From IMG/VR virus record IMGVR_UViG_3300025012_000026, positions 124,001-188,000 of that record: a stretch of 64,000 nt of DNA; one strand, written 5' to 3'. Below, one piece after another: positions 44,183-54,304 of the stretch (the stretch's first letter is position 1; the number at the start of each line of letters is the position of its first letter). The translations under genes and the position numbers were made by a program. Below the pieces are notes generated by a model. The model had not been told where the DNA came from, did no database searches, and saw only the letters and a program-made list of their open reading frames with translations.

Positions 44183-44365
44183 TTAAATTAATTTAAACAA
44201 TAATACAATTGGTATAGCAAATAATGCTAATATTCCTCCGAAAATTATTGTGTATATTAATCCAACAACCACATATCCGAATAATTTAATAAGTATTGAT
44301 AATGCTTTAAATAATTTACTTTGTATACTTAGTTTAAATAATAATAATTTCCATTTTATTTCCAT
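44183..44365 (-). CDS. small hydrophobic membrane protein
   Basis: 60 aa, Lys-rich N-terminus with a long hydrophobic C-terminus. Confidence 0.6.
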   Translation of the reverse strand: MEIKWKLLLFKLSIQSKLFKALSILIKLFGYVVVGLIYTIIFGGILALFAIPIVLLFKLI

Positions 44366-44385
44366 TAATATTATCCCTCTTTCTC

Positions 44386-45042
44386 TTAAATTATATTAAA
44401 CACAACCTGCTCATGCCCCAAACCTAAGACCAATCCCTCAATATCTTCTTGCAAATTAATCATAGCATCATCAAACAATTTCCTATCTTTACCAATTGTA
44501 TTAACAACATTTTGCTGTGCTTGCATAGATAATATTTGAGTGTCAGATGGACTAAATTGATCGAATAGAAACATTGTATTTCCATCTGTAATTTTAGAGT
44601 TTTGAGTGTTTTGTTCAATATATAATAATTGGACTCGATTCTTTGGGATGCTTATGTATACTTTCCCATCTTCGATTTTCAGAACTTTTATGTATTCAAG
44701 ACTGTTGATTCCAATTCCAAAATTATATTCGAAGTCAAGAGTGATTTCTCTTAAAGTGAACTTATCAAAGAATTTATCTTTATTAGTTATTTTGCTAAAA
44801 TAATTGTATTTACCTTTTAATGATGTAATTTCACCTACTTTTCTTAATTCATTTTGGATTAGAGTTGGGTCTTGCATCTTCTTTAATTCTGCTGTTCTTT
44901 CAATATCTTTTTGATAATCTCTTAGTTGCACTTGTTCAACTGGTATAGGTTTTGGTATAGATAGATTGTGATATTTCATATAAATATTTGTAGCAAATAA
45001 AGTTCCTAATATTGTTAAAGCAATAATTGTTGGTTTTTTCAT
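44386..45042 (-). CDS. DUF4230-like membrane-anchored protein
   Basis: N-terminal TM; GI....I......KVYISIP pattern; C-terminal A..NL...L..LG...V.F. Confidence 0.55.
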   Translation of the reverse strand: MKKPTIIALTILGTLFATNIYMKYHNLSIPKPIPVEQVQLRDYQKDIERTAELKKMQDPTLIQNELRKVGEITSLKGKYNYFSKITNKDKFFDKFTLREITLDFEYNFGIGINSLEYIKVLKIEDGKVYISIPKNRVQLLYIEQNTQNSKITDGNTMFLFDQFSPSDTQILSMQAQQNVVNTIGKDRKLFDDAMINLQEDIEGLVLGLGHEQVVFNII

Positions 45043-45077
45043 TCAACTCACTTCCTAGATTTTATTTTATGATTTAA

Positions 45078-45419
45078 TTAATCATTGTTAGGCATAGGCC
45101 CACGATGTAACTTAACCCAATCAGGCTTATATCTTTCAAGCAATTTAAACATATTGTCTCTTCCTACTCCATCTGCTGTATGAAGAAATATTTGTTTAGG
45201 ATAAATATTTGGATTATATTGTCCTAATTCAATAAGATATTTTACAAAATCATATCCAGTTGGCTCATTTTCGCCTAAATCGTGATCCAAACTAATAATG
45301 TTCACCTCTTGATCTAATTCTTTTAATTCGTCAAGTTTATAAATTAATTGACTTACTGTTTTTACTAATATAAACCCATCTGGGCAATCGCGCAAATCGT
45401 CAAGATATAGTGATATCAT
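45078..45419 (-). CDS. cyclic-phosphate-processing receiver-like domain protein
   Basis: LYLDDLRDCP...ISLDHDLG...TGYD...HTA..VGR.NM. Confidence 0.75.
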   Translation of the reverse strand: MISLYLDDLRDCPDGFILVKTVSQLIYKLDELKELDQEVNIISLDHDLGENEPTGYDFVKYLIELGQYNPNIYPKQIFLHTADGVGRDNMFKLLERYKPDWVKLHRGPMPNND

Positions 45420-46724
45420 TTATTTTCTCCCCTTTCTATAATTTCCAATCAGAAATCTTATCCTTAACCATATCTTTTAATTTTTCATAAACCATTTCAT
45501 GAACTGCTCCATTGTCTAAAAGTTGATAGCTTACACTTTCTGATATTGCTTCAGGTAATAGTTTGTCAATTTCCATTTCAATTATTTGTTGAATATTTTC
45601 ATTAGACATTTTACTGCGAACAATGTCTTTTATGATTTGAGTTAGTCCTTTTTCTTGAATTACAGTTTCAATTTCATCTTTAATGACTTGTTCTAACATT
45701 TTATTTTCCTTCTTTCTTAAATTTTGATAATTTCATTTTCTTTAGTTAACCAAGCAATTTCCATATCTAAATATTCTTCTTCTGGGACAATATAATAGAA
45801 TTTTTTACCTAATTTTTCAGGCGTTCTATTTTTACTTTCTGCTTTTAATATTAAAATATCTTGATAAAATTTAGATGATAAAAACATTCCTCCAATACCA
45901 ATACATAACCCAATGGCAATCCCCTCTAATATCATATAATTACTCCCTTATTCCCATTAGAATAAACCATAGATTTTATCTACCAATCTTTATGTTCAAA
46001 GATAAACTTACTAGGTAATATTTCTAATATTCTCCCCATTTCTTCCGAAGTAATTTCAATATTATCTTTATCTGTATTATAAAAATACCACCAAAATGAT
46101 TCTAAAAATTCATCAATTTCAATCCAAGTCACTAAATCTGGTTCTAATAAAATATTGAAATAATCATTATATTTATTTAATACATTTAATATAGAATTTA
46201 TTAAATCTTCGTTATTAACTTTTAAAGTGTAAAATAATCTACTTTTGCACGATGTAGAGGTTAGGAAATCAGCATTGGTATAATAATAAGGTTTAAATCC
46301 TTTATTTAATAATTTCTTATACATATTTTTCATCCTTTCAAATAGTCATTTTAATAACTTTGTTCCAATTACTTTCTTCTAATATGCCAACTATAATTAT
46401 CTGAAAGACATTCCAATTCCTCATCCCCTTCTAAACGGCATCTTTTTAATTTCCTATCACTGTTTTTACAGTTTATGCAATTATCAATAATTCTCGCATT
46501 AAATAAATCATCTTTTAAACTCTCAATAGTATCAAACAAATCTCTAACCATTTCCATTGCTCCATCTACAAAATTAAATGAACCATATTTATTACATGCA
46601 CTAATTAAATTACAGCAAGGATTTTTTGGAGTACATTCCATACAATTATCATTATATTCTTCGTCTAATTGACCAAGAATCAAAACCTTTAATTTGATTA
46701 ATTCCTCATTGCTTAATATCATAA

Positions 46725-47168
46725 TTAATTTGCCAACTCCTTCTTTACAATTTCACTAGCAATTTTACCGTCATAAGTCCCACCATAGGAGTTCTTCAGT
46801 ACAGACATAACTTTGCCCATTTGCACTTCTGAATTAATATCTTTCAATGCTTCAATAATATCTCTAACAACATTTTCTAACTCCTCTCTACTCATTTTCT
46901 GAGGCAAATACTTACTTAAAACTAAAATCTCAGAAACAATATTACTTGTATTCTTATTATTTTTCAAAAGAATTGTTTGAATCTCATTTGCATTTTTAAT
47001 AAATTTCTCAATGACTTGCAACACTTCTGCATCTGTAGATTGTCTATTTCCAAGGTTTTTACCTATCATAGAGGCTTCAGAATATAGGGTTGTTAATAAT
47101 GTTGCAGTATCAATTTTACGAGCCTTGCGTGCGATAAGAGCATCTGATTTAATTTGATTGATTAACAT
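46725..47168 (-). CDS. GatB/YqeY domain protein
   Basis: A.KAR...L...E...L..YLP..MS.EEL...MGKVM..LK....DGK..S..VK. Confidence 0.85.
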   Translation of the reverse strand: MLINQIKSDALIARKARKIDTATLLTTLYSEASMIGKNLGNRQSTDAEVLQVIEKFIKNANEIQTILLKNNKNTSNIVSEILVLSKYLPQKMSREELENVVRDIIEALKDINSEVQMGKVMSVLKNSYGGTYDGKIASEIVKKELAN

Positions 47169-47186
47169 TTATTTCACTCCTTCTTT

Positions 47187-47795
47187 CTAATTTTTATAAT
47201 TATCAAAATCATTTGATATGGAATTGGAATATTGTTTAACAATTAAAATTCCTTTACCATATTCGGTTCCATAACAACGATAATTAATAGAGACTCCAAA
47301 ATTATTCTTTTTCAAAGTAAGATTAATATCTGAAATCTTTCTACCATATTCATAAGTCCTAATTTCTGCTTTTGCATATCCTAAAACTGGTATTAAAAAT
47401 TCACAGATTTTATTTAGTTTCTCTGTGCCATCATCTCCTTCTTCACTTTCAACACTCATATTAAAATTCAACCCATCATTAGTAGGATATAATTTGAGTG
47501 CATTAAAGAATGCTGTAGCAATTTCTTTTTCTATTTCTGCTTGATCTACTGCCTTCTTATTTTTCTCATCAAGATATTGTGGATTCTTCTCTAGATAATG
47601 TTTACATTCTCTGACACCAAATTTAGTTTCTTCATAAAAGTACACATCTGCTTTGTTAATATAATGCATATCATCTAATAAAGAGTATTGTAATTTATAT
47701 GCTTGAGAGTGTAATTCTTGTTTTACTTCTACGACTTTAGCATTTACTACGCAGATATTACTTTTAACACAATTATCACATTTATTTTTATACAT
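47187..47795 (-). CDS. hypothetical protein
   Basis: 202-aa ORF with RBS. Confidence 0.65.
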   Translation of the reverse strand: MYKNKCDNCVKSNICVVNAKVVEVKQELHSQAYKLQYSLLDDMHYINKADVYFYEETKFGVRECKHYLEKNPQYLDEKNKKAVDQAEIEKEIATAFFNALKLYPTNDGLNFNMSVESEEGDDGTEKLNKICEFLIPVLGYAKAEIRTYEYGRKISDINLTLKKNNFGVSINYRCYGTEYGKGILIVKQYSNSISNDFDNYKN

Positions 47796-48187
47796 TTTAT
47801 CTTCTCTCCCTTTCAGTTAGATATCCAATTCACTGTAACAAATCAACCAATATTATCCTATGTTCTAAAATAAAATCCAATATATCTTGATAATAAACAT
47901 CTTCTGGACAATTTTCACTAACAAATTTAAGCAATTCTTTATCAATATCTTCGATAATTTGATATTCTCCCTTATAAACTTTTACTGATCCATTTTCATC
48001 ATTAAAACATACTCCAATAGAACCATCATCATATACTCTATCATCTTCGACTGTATAAACCTTACCAATATATTTACTAATATCTGAGGCAGTACTACTA
48101 GATGGAGCATTTGCGATAATTTTTACTTTCATTATTTTCTCTCCTTTGTTTTTTTTATTAAAATTAACATTATGCTCTACATTATGA

Positions 48188-48646
48188 CTACTTTACTAAT
48201 CTCAAAATATTAGTATGTAATGGTTTCCTATTTTCTATTGCATCTGAAATTTCTTCATACTCTAAAAAATCCTCATCGTAAAAATTATTGTACGGATCTT
48301 CTTCGTCATAATCCCATTCGTTTGTTTCTTTCCATACTTCAAATGCCCCTTGATGTAAATCATGGTTGTTATCGTATTTTGATATAAATGATTTATCAAT
48401 CATAAAATTTTCGGGAACAATTTTAAATGTTTTAACAAATTTAATTAAACATATTTCACACATTTGCGCTTTCCATGAATTATTATTATCAAATATGCTA
48501 TTATAACCAAATGAAAAATTAAGTTGCTGAATTGAATCTAATTTATCTTGTTCAACTGGTTTACCGCAACAGTTGCAAATAACGCCTACGATGACTTGCT
48601 CTGTTCTTGTAATCTCTACACTTTTTGTTATAATCATTAAATCCAC
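48188..48646 (-). CDS. hypothetical Zn-binding protein
   Basis: CNCCG...FGY.S.FD...CEIC. Confidence 0.65.
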   Translation of the reverse strand: MDLMIITKSVEITRTEQVIVGVICNCCGKPVEQDKLDSIQQLNFSFGYNSIFDNNNSWKAQMCEICLIKFVKTFKIVPENFMIDKSFISKYDNNHDLHQGAFEVWKETNEWDYDEEDPYNNFYDEDFLEYEEISDAIENRKPLHTNILRLVK

Positions 48647-49006
48647 ACTCTTTTCTAATTAATTTATACTTTATAAGATTATACGAATAAGAATTATAAA
48701 TTAAGGGTGTATTGGAAAGTTTTATGAAAATATTTTATGTCTTCTTTTATGTATCACTATCGATTAATAAGTTCTCGTTCATTTATATGTTCTACTATTA
48801 CAAAAGAATTATCAAAAGTTATTTTAAACTTGAAATCATCTGGTTTATTTTTACCAAATCTTTTTATCATTTCCTTCTTTAGTTCATCTTGTTTTCTAAG
48901 TCTATCTCTGAATCCATCAAACTGAACATATACATAATCTCTCATAATATTAAACATCTCCTTAAATTTTATTTTTATATTTTACTAATTTGTTCACATG
49001 ATTATG

Positions 49007-49558
49007 CTAATTTTCTAAAATTGTTACTGTAGCATATCCAATACCGAAATCAATTGATTTTTTACTCGGGTTACTACTATGAAAATCTCCCAGAAACAAA
49101 TCCACTCTATTTCCAATTATTCCTGAACCTGTATCTACTGTTGTATAATTGTCTGAATATTTCTTATGTTTATGATCTATAAATGTCAATTTTACTTTTT
49201 TATTTAATGGAATTACTCTAGTATCAACTGATATGAATCTAGCACCAGTATTTTCCCATGACTTATTTTTTAAGTTTGTACCATTTTTTGTAATACCAAA
49301 ACCACTTTCTCCTCTTGATTTGGTGCATGATTGGACAGATAAATCATAACTAGTCACTTTAAATATGGATTTATCTTCTTCGCTAATTATCTCTTTCTTA
49401 GTAGGAGTCACTATGTATTGCTTTCTTAGTTCTTTCAAAACATTAGCATCACTTCCTTTGTAATTATTAATATGATTTGATCCCATACTACTTATGATAA
49501 TAAAAGCACTAAGTAAAATACTAAGTTTTCTCATTTTGTAACTTCTCTTTTCTGTCAA
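49007..49558 (-). CDS. secreted 3D-domain (MltA-like lytic transglycosylase fold) protein
   Basis: signal-like N-terminus; VTSY...GITKNG...SVDTRVIPL...DTGSGIIGNRVDLF. Confidence 0.85.
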   Translation of the reverse strand: MTEKRSYKMRKLSILLSAFIIISSMGSNHINNYKGSDANVLKELRKQYIVTPTKKEIISEEDKSIFKVTSYDLSVQSCTKSRGESGFGITKNGTNLKNKSWENTGARFISVDTRVIPLNKKVKLTFIDHKHKKYSDNYTTVDTGSGIIGNRVDLFLGDFHSSNPSKKSIDFGIGYATVTILEN

Positions 49559-49595
49559 GTTTTATTTTGGGTTTTATAGATTAAGAGAAAGGGGA

Positions 49596-50087
49596 TTAAA
49601 TCCCCACTTCTACCATTGCTCTGTAATCCATCAAAATACTTTTAATTCCTATGGAATCAACCACTGGATGATCTATTTCTATTTCATTGATCACTATGTG
49701 TTTAAATGGGCAAGTTTTAACAATGCCTAGTTTAACTTCACTTCTTGAAACTTCTAACATATTAACTCTTTCAATATGGAATGCAATCCCAAATTTTATT
49801 TTTATTCCCTTTTCTTGGAGAAGATTTAATTCATTTTTGGCATCCAATTCATCTGTATATGTATAATATCCATTCGAAAGCGTTTCAGAATAAGAATATA
49901 TATATCTCCTAATTTGTTTGTCATATGAGATTGAGTTAACTCCTACAAAATTTCCTCTACTATCTTTTAATACAAATACTTCTAATTCTGTCATTAATTC
50001 AACTGCCCCCTTTATATTTTTTAGTGAAACCAAATGCTTGTTCCTTTCTGAGCATATTTTAGGAACATATATTCTCCCTTTGCCCAA
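49596..50087 (-). CDS. hypothetical protein
   Basis: 163-aa ORF. Confidence 0.55.
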   Translation of the reverse strand: MGKGRIYVPKICSERNKHLVSLKNIKGAVELMTELEVFVLKDSRGNFVGVNSISYDKQIRRYIYSYSETLSNGYYTYTDELDAKNELNLLQEKGIKIKFGIAFHIERVNMLEVSRSEVKLGIVKTCPFKHIVINEIEIDHPVVDSIGIKSILMDYRAMVEVGI

Positions 50088-50226
50088 TTACATTATCCCA
50101 CTTTGTCCATCCAATTGCAAAACAAAAATTATATGCATATAACCATTCTTTCGACAAAATAATTTTAAATTAGATTTAATTATTTTTATACTCTCATGTA
50201 TTTTAAGTTTAGACTGATATAATTGG

Positions 50227-50258
50227 GTCTACAGTCCCATCACTTAGGGACTGTAGAC
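50227..50258. terminator. stem-loop overlapping the yopR-like stop codon
   Basis: GTCTACAGTCCC-atcactta-GGGACTGTAGAC. Confidence 0.65.
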
Positions 50259-51250
50259 TTAGTTTGTGTTTGCTTATAAGTCTCATACATTTCTTTTAAT
50301 CCTTGCCAACCCCTTTCATCCAATTCTAAGTCTTTAAATAATTGCTTAAAATCTTCAGATTTTAATTCACCAAGTTCTATTTCTTTTTGTAAACATCTGT
50401 CAAGCATACCGGATTGAAATATAAGAGTTGGATTTAAAAATTTAATACCTGTATAAGTTCTAAAGTTTTTAAATCTCGAACTTATATTTCCAACAGTAAT
50501 TTTTTCATCATTGTCACTACTTTTCCTGTCAAGTGTTCTAAGAATATATGGAGTATCTTTAACAGGCATAATAGCAAATCTTCCGGTATCTTCTCCATTT
50601 GATTTATGATAAGTGTCTTCAATGCAAGCCATTCGCAATATTTCCATAGTCCTTGGATCTACAGTTATAGGTCTTGGTCGAGGATTTTTAATTTTGTCAT
50701 CTGGATCTCTAGTTATAATAACTATATTTGATTCAGGGTCTAGATCACTCATTTTTAGATTTCTTAATTCTTCATAGGTGTGTCCTTTTATTGTTCTGCC
50801 TCTGATATTTTCATATAATGATGCCATTAATGCTTTATCGACATAATTATACAATCCGTCACAATAATCATACATTTGTTCTCTAGTGATATAGGAATTT
50901 CTCTGAGCTACTTGATGGATATATTTTGGTAAATCTTCTTTTTTATCAACTAATTTCAATACGTTCATTGAACTGTAATTGTTAAATAAACACCAATCAA
51001 GATATTGCATGATAATTGTATAAGATACACCTAATGATTTAAGAGATTTCTTTTTCATTCCAATTAGTAATTCTTTTACTTCCTCGTAACTAAATTTGCT
51101 CAAATCTTTGTTTTTTTCATGCTCGAATCTACTAACACTTTTTAAGATAGAGGTATTTGTCACTCTAGTGCTTTCATTAGGATATTTCTCATCAAGAAAA
51201 CGATTTTTCAATTCTTCGTTAAATAAAGTTCTTTCAATAGTTAATGACAT
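50240..51250 (-). CDS. mrpR: SPbeta YopR/MrpR (SroF)-like master repressor with a tyrosine-recombinase fold
   Basis: FNEELKNRFL, KDLSKFS..V.ELL, QYLDW, YITRE, L.NY..KA....L.E, Y...NG and FLNP..I..SG.L blocks match recalled YopR; HxxR catalytic motif absent; follows a yopQ homolog. Confidence 0.8.
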   Translation of the reverse strand: MSLTIERTLFNEELKNRFLDEKYPNESTRVTNTSILKSVSRFEHEKNKDLSKFSYEEVKELLIGMKKKSLKSLGVSYTIIMQYLDWCLFNNYSSMNVLKLVDKKEDLPKYIHQVAQRNSYITREQMYDYCDGLYNYVDKALMASLYENIRGRTIKGHTYEELRNLKMSDLDPESNIVIITRDPDDKIKNPRPRPITVDPRTMEILRMACIEDTYHKSNGEDTGRFAIMPVKDTPYILRTLDRKSSDNDEKITVGNISSRFKNFRTYTGIKFLNPTLIFQSGMLDRCLQKEIELGELKSEDFKQLFKDLELDERGWQGLKEMYETYKQTQTKSTVPK

Positions 51251-52605
51251 TATGATACCTCCTTCTGAAGTTGATAAACAACATCTTTAAAATAATCAGA
51301 AATCTTTTTAAATGTAGATAAATTTACATGATTTTCGATTCCAATTTTTTTCCAAATTTTATTTGATTTATCGAAATCTAAAGAGTTTAATACTTTTACT
51401 AATCTAGGTTTCCAGTCATCACCATATTCTTGTCTTAATAAATCTCCTAAAATAATATACCCCATAAACATGTTGTTATGTGCAAGATATGAATTTTCTT
51501 TGGTATTAGATAATTCTGTTTTAAACTTTGAATAATTGAGTCCAATAATATTATTGAACAACTCTACAATATCATTTTCAACTTGTGCGGTTCTAATAAC
51601 TGGCTCCTCTTTAAGATCATAAAGAAATTCAATGGATTTTGATAAAGTATCAAATGTCATTAATTTGTTTTCAATAATCAATTCCTTTTCATTTAAGGCT
51701 ATACGATTAAACATTTCGTTTGCCCTTTGTCTAGAATTAATAGCTTTTGCTACTTCCATATTTGGATTGGCTGTATTTTTAAAATCAACCCATTCAGTTT
51801 CAATTTGTGTACTTTTACTTTCTTGTCGAATTATTTCATTGGCACGCTCTTCTGTAACGTGGTGAATATAAATTGATGTAACCCTATCTATGTCATTCTT
51901 AATTTCAACAGTTTTTAACATGCCACAGGTTCTATTTGCACCATCAATTATGTCTACTAACGTAGACGCATTATCTGGTTCAATTAATAACGTTCTAGTT
52001 TTAAGATCATACTTAAACTTTTCTTGTCCATTTATTTTGCGAATGTTCCACATAATAGCATTAGTGCAAAAAGAACCATCTATCATTGACTCTGTAATTT
52101 CTGATACCTTTTTGCTGTCAATATTAATAGATTCAACAATTCTGTTTCCACTTCGTCTTTTTAAAAGTTGTCTTTGAGTATTTGGATTATATGTTAATAG
52201 TCCATTACCCATATAAAGATTAATATTTTGATAAGTTTCCTTTGTACATAACCATTGACTATCATCTATTTGATCGACATTATGAAGTAAAATATACTTA
52301 ACTTTTTCTTTATCAAGTTTTTTGTAATAATCAGCAGAAGACAATTCAATCTCTGTAAAGAACTCATCTGGATTTATTTCTGTTCGGTGAGTGTATCCAT
52401 AAAGATATTTTGTAAATAAACATAGTTCAATTTCTTCAACATAAACCAAAGGAATTGCTTTAGTGAATATACCTGTAGTTCTGCCCCTCGGTATACCTCT
52501 TTCTAATAATTTGCCTATGACTTGCTCTTGAATTTGATTGTCATTTGAATAATCTTCAATGACTAAATTAAGAATATCCTCAAGAATTTGACGATCTTGT
52601 TTCAT
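51250..52605 (-). CDS. yopQ: SPbeta YopQ (SroE)-like DndB/DGQHR-family protein
   Basis: INP..FFTE.E, LL.YNPN.QR, DIIDGANR (DGQHR variant) and LDFDK.NK.W..IG blocks; about 451 aa; RBS places the start at MKQDRQ. Confidence 0.8.
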   Translation of the reverse strand: MKQDRQILEDILNLVIEDYSNDNQIQEQVIGKLLERGIPRGRTTGIFTKAIPLVYVEEIELCLFTKYLYGYTHRTEINPDEFFTEIELSSADYYKKLDKEKVKYILLHNVDQIDDSQWLCTKETYQNINLYMGNGLLTYNPNTQRQLLKRRSGNRIVESINIDSKKVSEITESMIDGSFCTNAIMWNIRKINGQEKFKYDLKTRTLLIEPDNASTLVDIIDGANRTCGMLKTVEIKNDIDRVTSIYIHHVTEERANEIIRQESKSTQIETEWVDFKNTANPNMEVAKAINSRQRANEMFNRIALNEKELIIENKLMTFDTLSKSIEFLYDLKEEPVIRTAQVENDIVELFNNIIGLNYSKFKTELSNTKENSYLAHNNMFMGYIILGDLLRQEYGDDWKPRLVKVLNSLDFDKSNKIWKKIGIENHVNLSTFKKISDYFKDVVYQLQKEVS

Positions 52606-52678
52606 AATATTTATTCCTCCTTTTGACATATCAGCAACAAGTTATGTTGCTATGTATTGGTTAATAATACGCAATGCT

Positions 52679-52777
52679 ATTATAATATATAATATGCCAA
52701 TACGTCAAGAAGAATGCCTGATTAGTTTTATTATTTATGATTATATCATTATAACATTATTGATTGCATAATGTCAA
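52679..52777 (-). promoter_or_regulatory. two tandem sigma-A promoters upstream of yopQ-yopR
   Basis: TTGACA(52772-77)-18-TATAAT(52748-53) and TTGACG(52703-08)-18-TATAAT(52679-84). Confidence 0.6.
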
Positions 52778-52816
52778 ATAATTTATTTTATACACTTGAT
52801 TATCATATCTCTCACC

Positions 52817-53638
52817 TTAATTAATCATATTCTCATAATCTTGATTCCCAACATTTTCACAAACCATTTGTGCTGTTTTTTCTTTGCATAAATAATGATT
52901 AATTACCATTAGTAACCATGTTAAAAATATTACTGGAATAGATGTTATTATAACAATAGCAATTAGTTCATCAATAAATTGTAATTTAATTATAATGCTA
53001 TTGTTTTCTACTAATTTGTTCATATAATTTACCACTAGAACTCTAGTTGACAATACTAACAACAAACCACTAATAATAAATTTATTTCTGATAACCGAAC
53101 TAAATAGATTAATTTTTACTTTGCTGTTTTTTCTAACTAGAATTAAGGAAACAATACATAGATGCAAAATTTTGATTGGAATGGCCCATAAGATATTGTA
53201 CATGACATTATCATTAAAAAAACTATATGGCTTATCTAATAACGATAATAGAAGTGGACAGTATGCGTATTCTATTATTCCTACAATGACGAAGCTTCCG
53301 ACTGTATAGATTGCTGTTTTAAATATTAATGATATGTTTATGTCAAAACTGTTTGTGATGACTATGTATTCCATTAAGATTATCATTAGAAACATAATTG
53401 ATAATATAGAATTTTGTTTTGGTACTATGATAATATACTTGAAGATATTTGCCATTATTGCTACTGGTAATGCTGTGAGCATAATCCATGTTAGACTACG
53501 TTTCCACATTAAAATATCTAGTAGATCATTAATTTTTAAAAGTGATAATGCGATGATTACAATGAACATTTGTTCAGGGAGGCCAACAAATATGGTGTTT
53601 AGGATGGCATTTGTTATGGATTGCATATGGGTGTTCAC
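52817..53638 (-). CDS. polytopic membrane protein B, AgrC-sensor-like without kinase domain
   Basis: about 7 TM segments; MQ.ITNAILN....LPE..F motif shared with 55463-56272; directly downstream of agrB; no H-box or GHKL domain. Confidence 0.7.
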   Translation of the reverse strand: MNTHMQSITNAILNTIFVGLPEQMFIVIIALSLLKINDLLDILMWKRSLTWIMLTALPVAIMANIFKYIIIVPKQNSILSIMFLMIILMEYIVITNSFDINISLIFKTAIYTVGSFVIVGIIEYAYCPLLLSLLDKPYSFFNDNVMYNILWAIPIKILHLCIVSLILVRKNSKVKINLFSSVIRNKFIISGLLLVLSTRVLVVNYMNKLVENNSIIIKLQFIDELIAIVIITSIPVIFLTWLLMVINHYLCKEKTAQMVCENVGNQDYENMIN

Positions 53639-53644
53639 TCCTTT

Positions 53645-54277
53645 TTATTTTATTTTTGAATCTAGCGCAGAATAAACAATTTGCCCTATTCTGCTTATAC
53701 TAAATAATTCTAATAATAATCCAAAACAACTTGAAATTACAATAATCTTTAGATTGAAAAGTAGGGAGATGGTCATTATGATTGTCCATATAAATAGATA
53801 ATATGATGACCATCTTTTGAATTTTTTGATTTCTAATGGCTCTGTGATTGGTTTATTTGGTGTATCTCTAGGTACATAACGATAAATTATATACATTGTC
53901 ATTACAACACAGAAATTGAATAAATACCACATGTCTATAAATGACCAATATTGGAGTGTATATTTGATTAATAATGCTGATCCAATGAACTGAATGGTTG
54001 AAAAAGTTATACATTTATTATATTCCCCGAAATGGTATCCACCTGCTATGATACGTAAACTACTGAAGGTCAAGGCGATTATTAGGGTAGGAAGCTTTAT
54101 GCTAAAAATAGATGCTAAAGATACCATTAACATAGCCTTAAAAATAGCACCCCAAACTACCATGAAACCATATGTGAAAACCTCAATCTGATCTTCTACG
54201 GTAGGATATTTATCATTAGGTACTTTTTTTGCTAACCACTTAGCAGAATGATTTGATACAAATTCTATAAAACTCAT
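53645..54277 (-). CDS. agrB: AgrB autoinducing-peptide processing membrane cysteine protease
   Basis: E...YG; LRIIAGGYH......C (conserved Arg/His/Cys); P.DTPNKPI; about 210 aa, multi-TM. Confidence 0.92.
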   Translation of the reverse strand: MSFIEFVSNHSAKWLAKKVPNDKYPTVEDQIEVFTYGFMVVWGAIFKAMLMVSLASIFSIKLPTLIIALTFSSLRIIAGGYHFGEYNKCITFSTIQFIGSALLIKYTLQYWSFIDMWYLFNFCVVMTMYIIYRYVPRDTPNKPITEPLEIKKFKRWSSYYLFIWTIIMTISLLFNLKIIVISSCFGLLLELFSISRIGQIVYSALDSKIK

Positions 54278-54304
54278 TAAATTATTTAATCTTCCTTTCT
54301 TTTA

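Noticed and set aside
30643-48170. Further weak matches to the 6-bp-spacer palindrome (30643, 37765, 41653, 48158)
   Set aside because: Spacer length or right arm deviates, so they cannot be told apart from chance in AT-rich DNA.
50240-51250. Active phage integrase
   Set aside because: It has the recombinase fold but the HxxR motif is replaced (PTLIFQSG), and the sequence and context match the YopR/MrpR repressor.
51250-52629. Dnd phosphorothioation system
   Set aside because: Only a DndB/DGQHR-like protein is present; there is no dndA/C/D/E, and it is better explained as YopQ.
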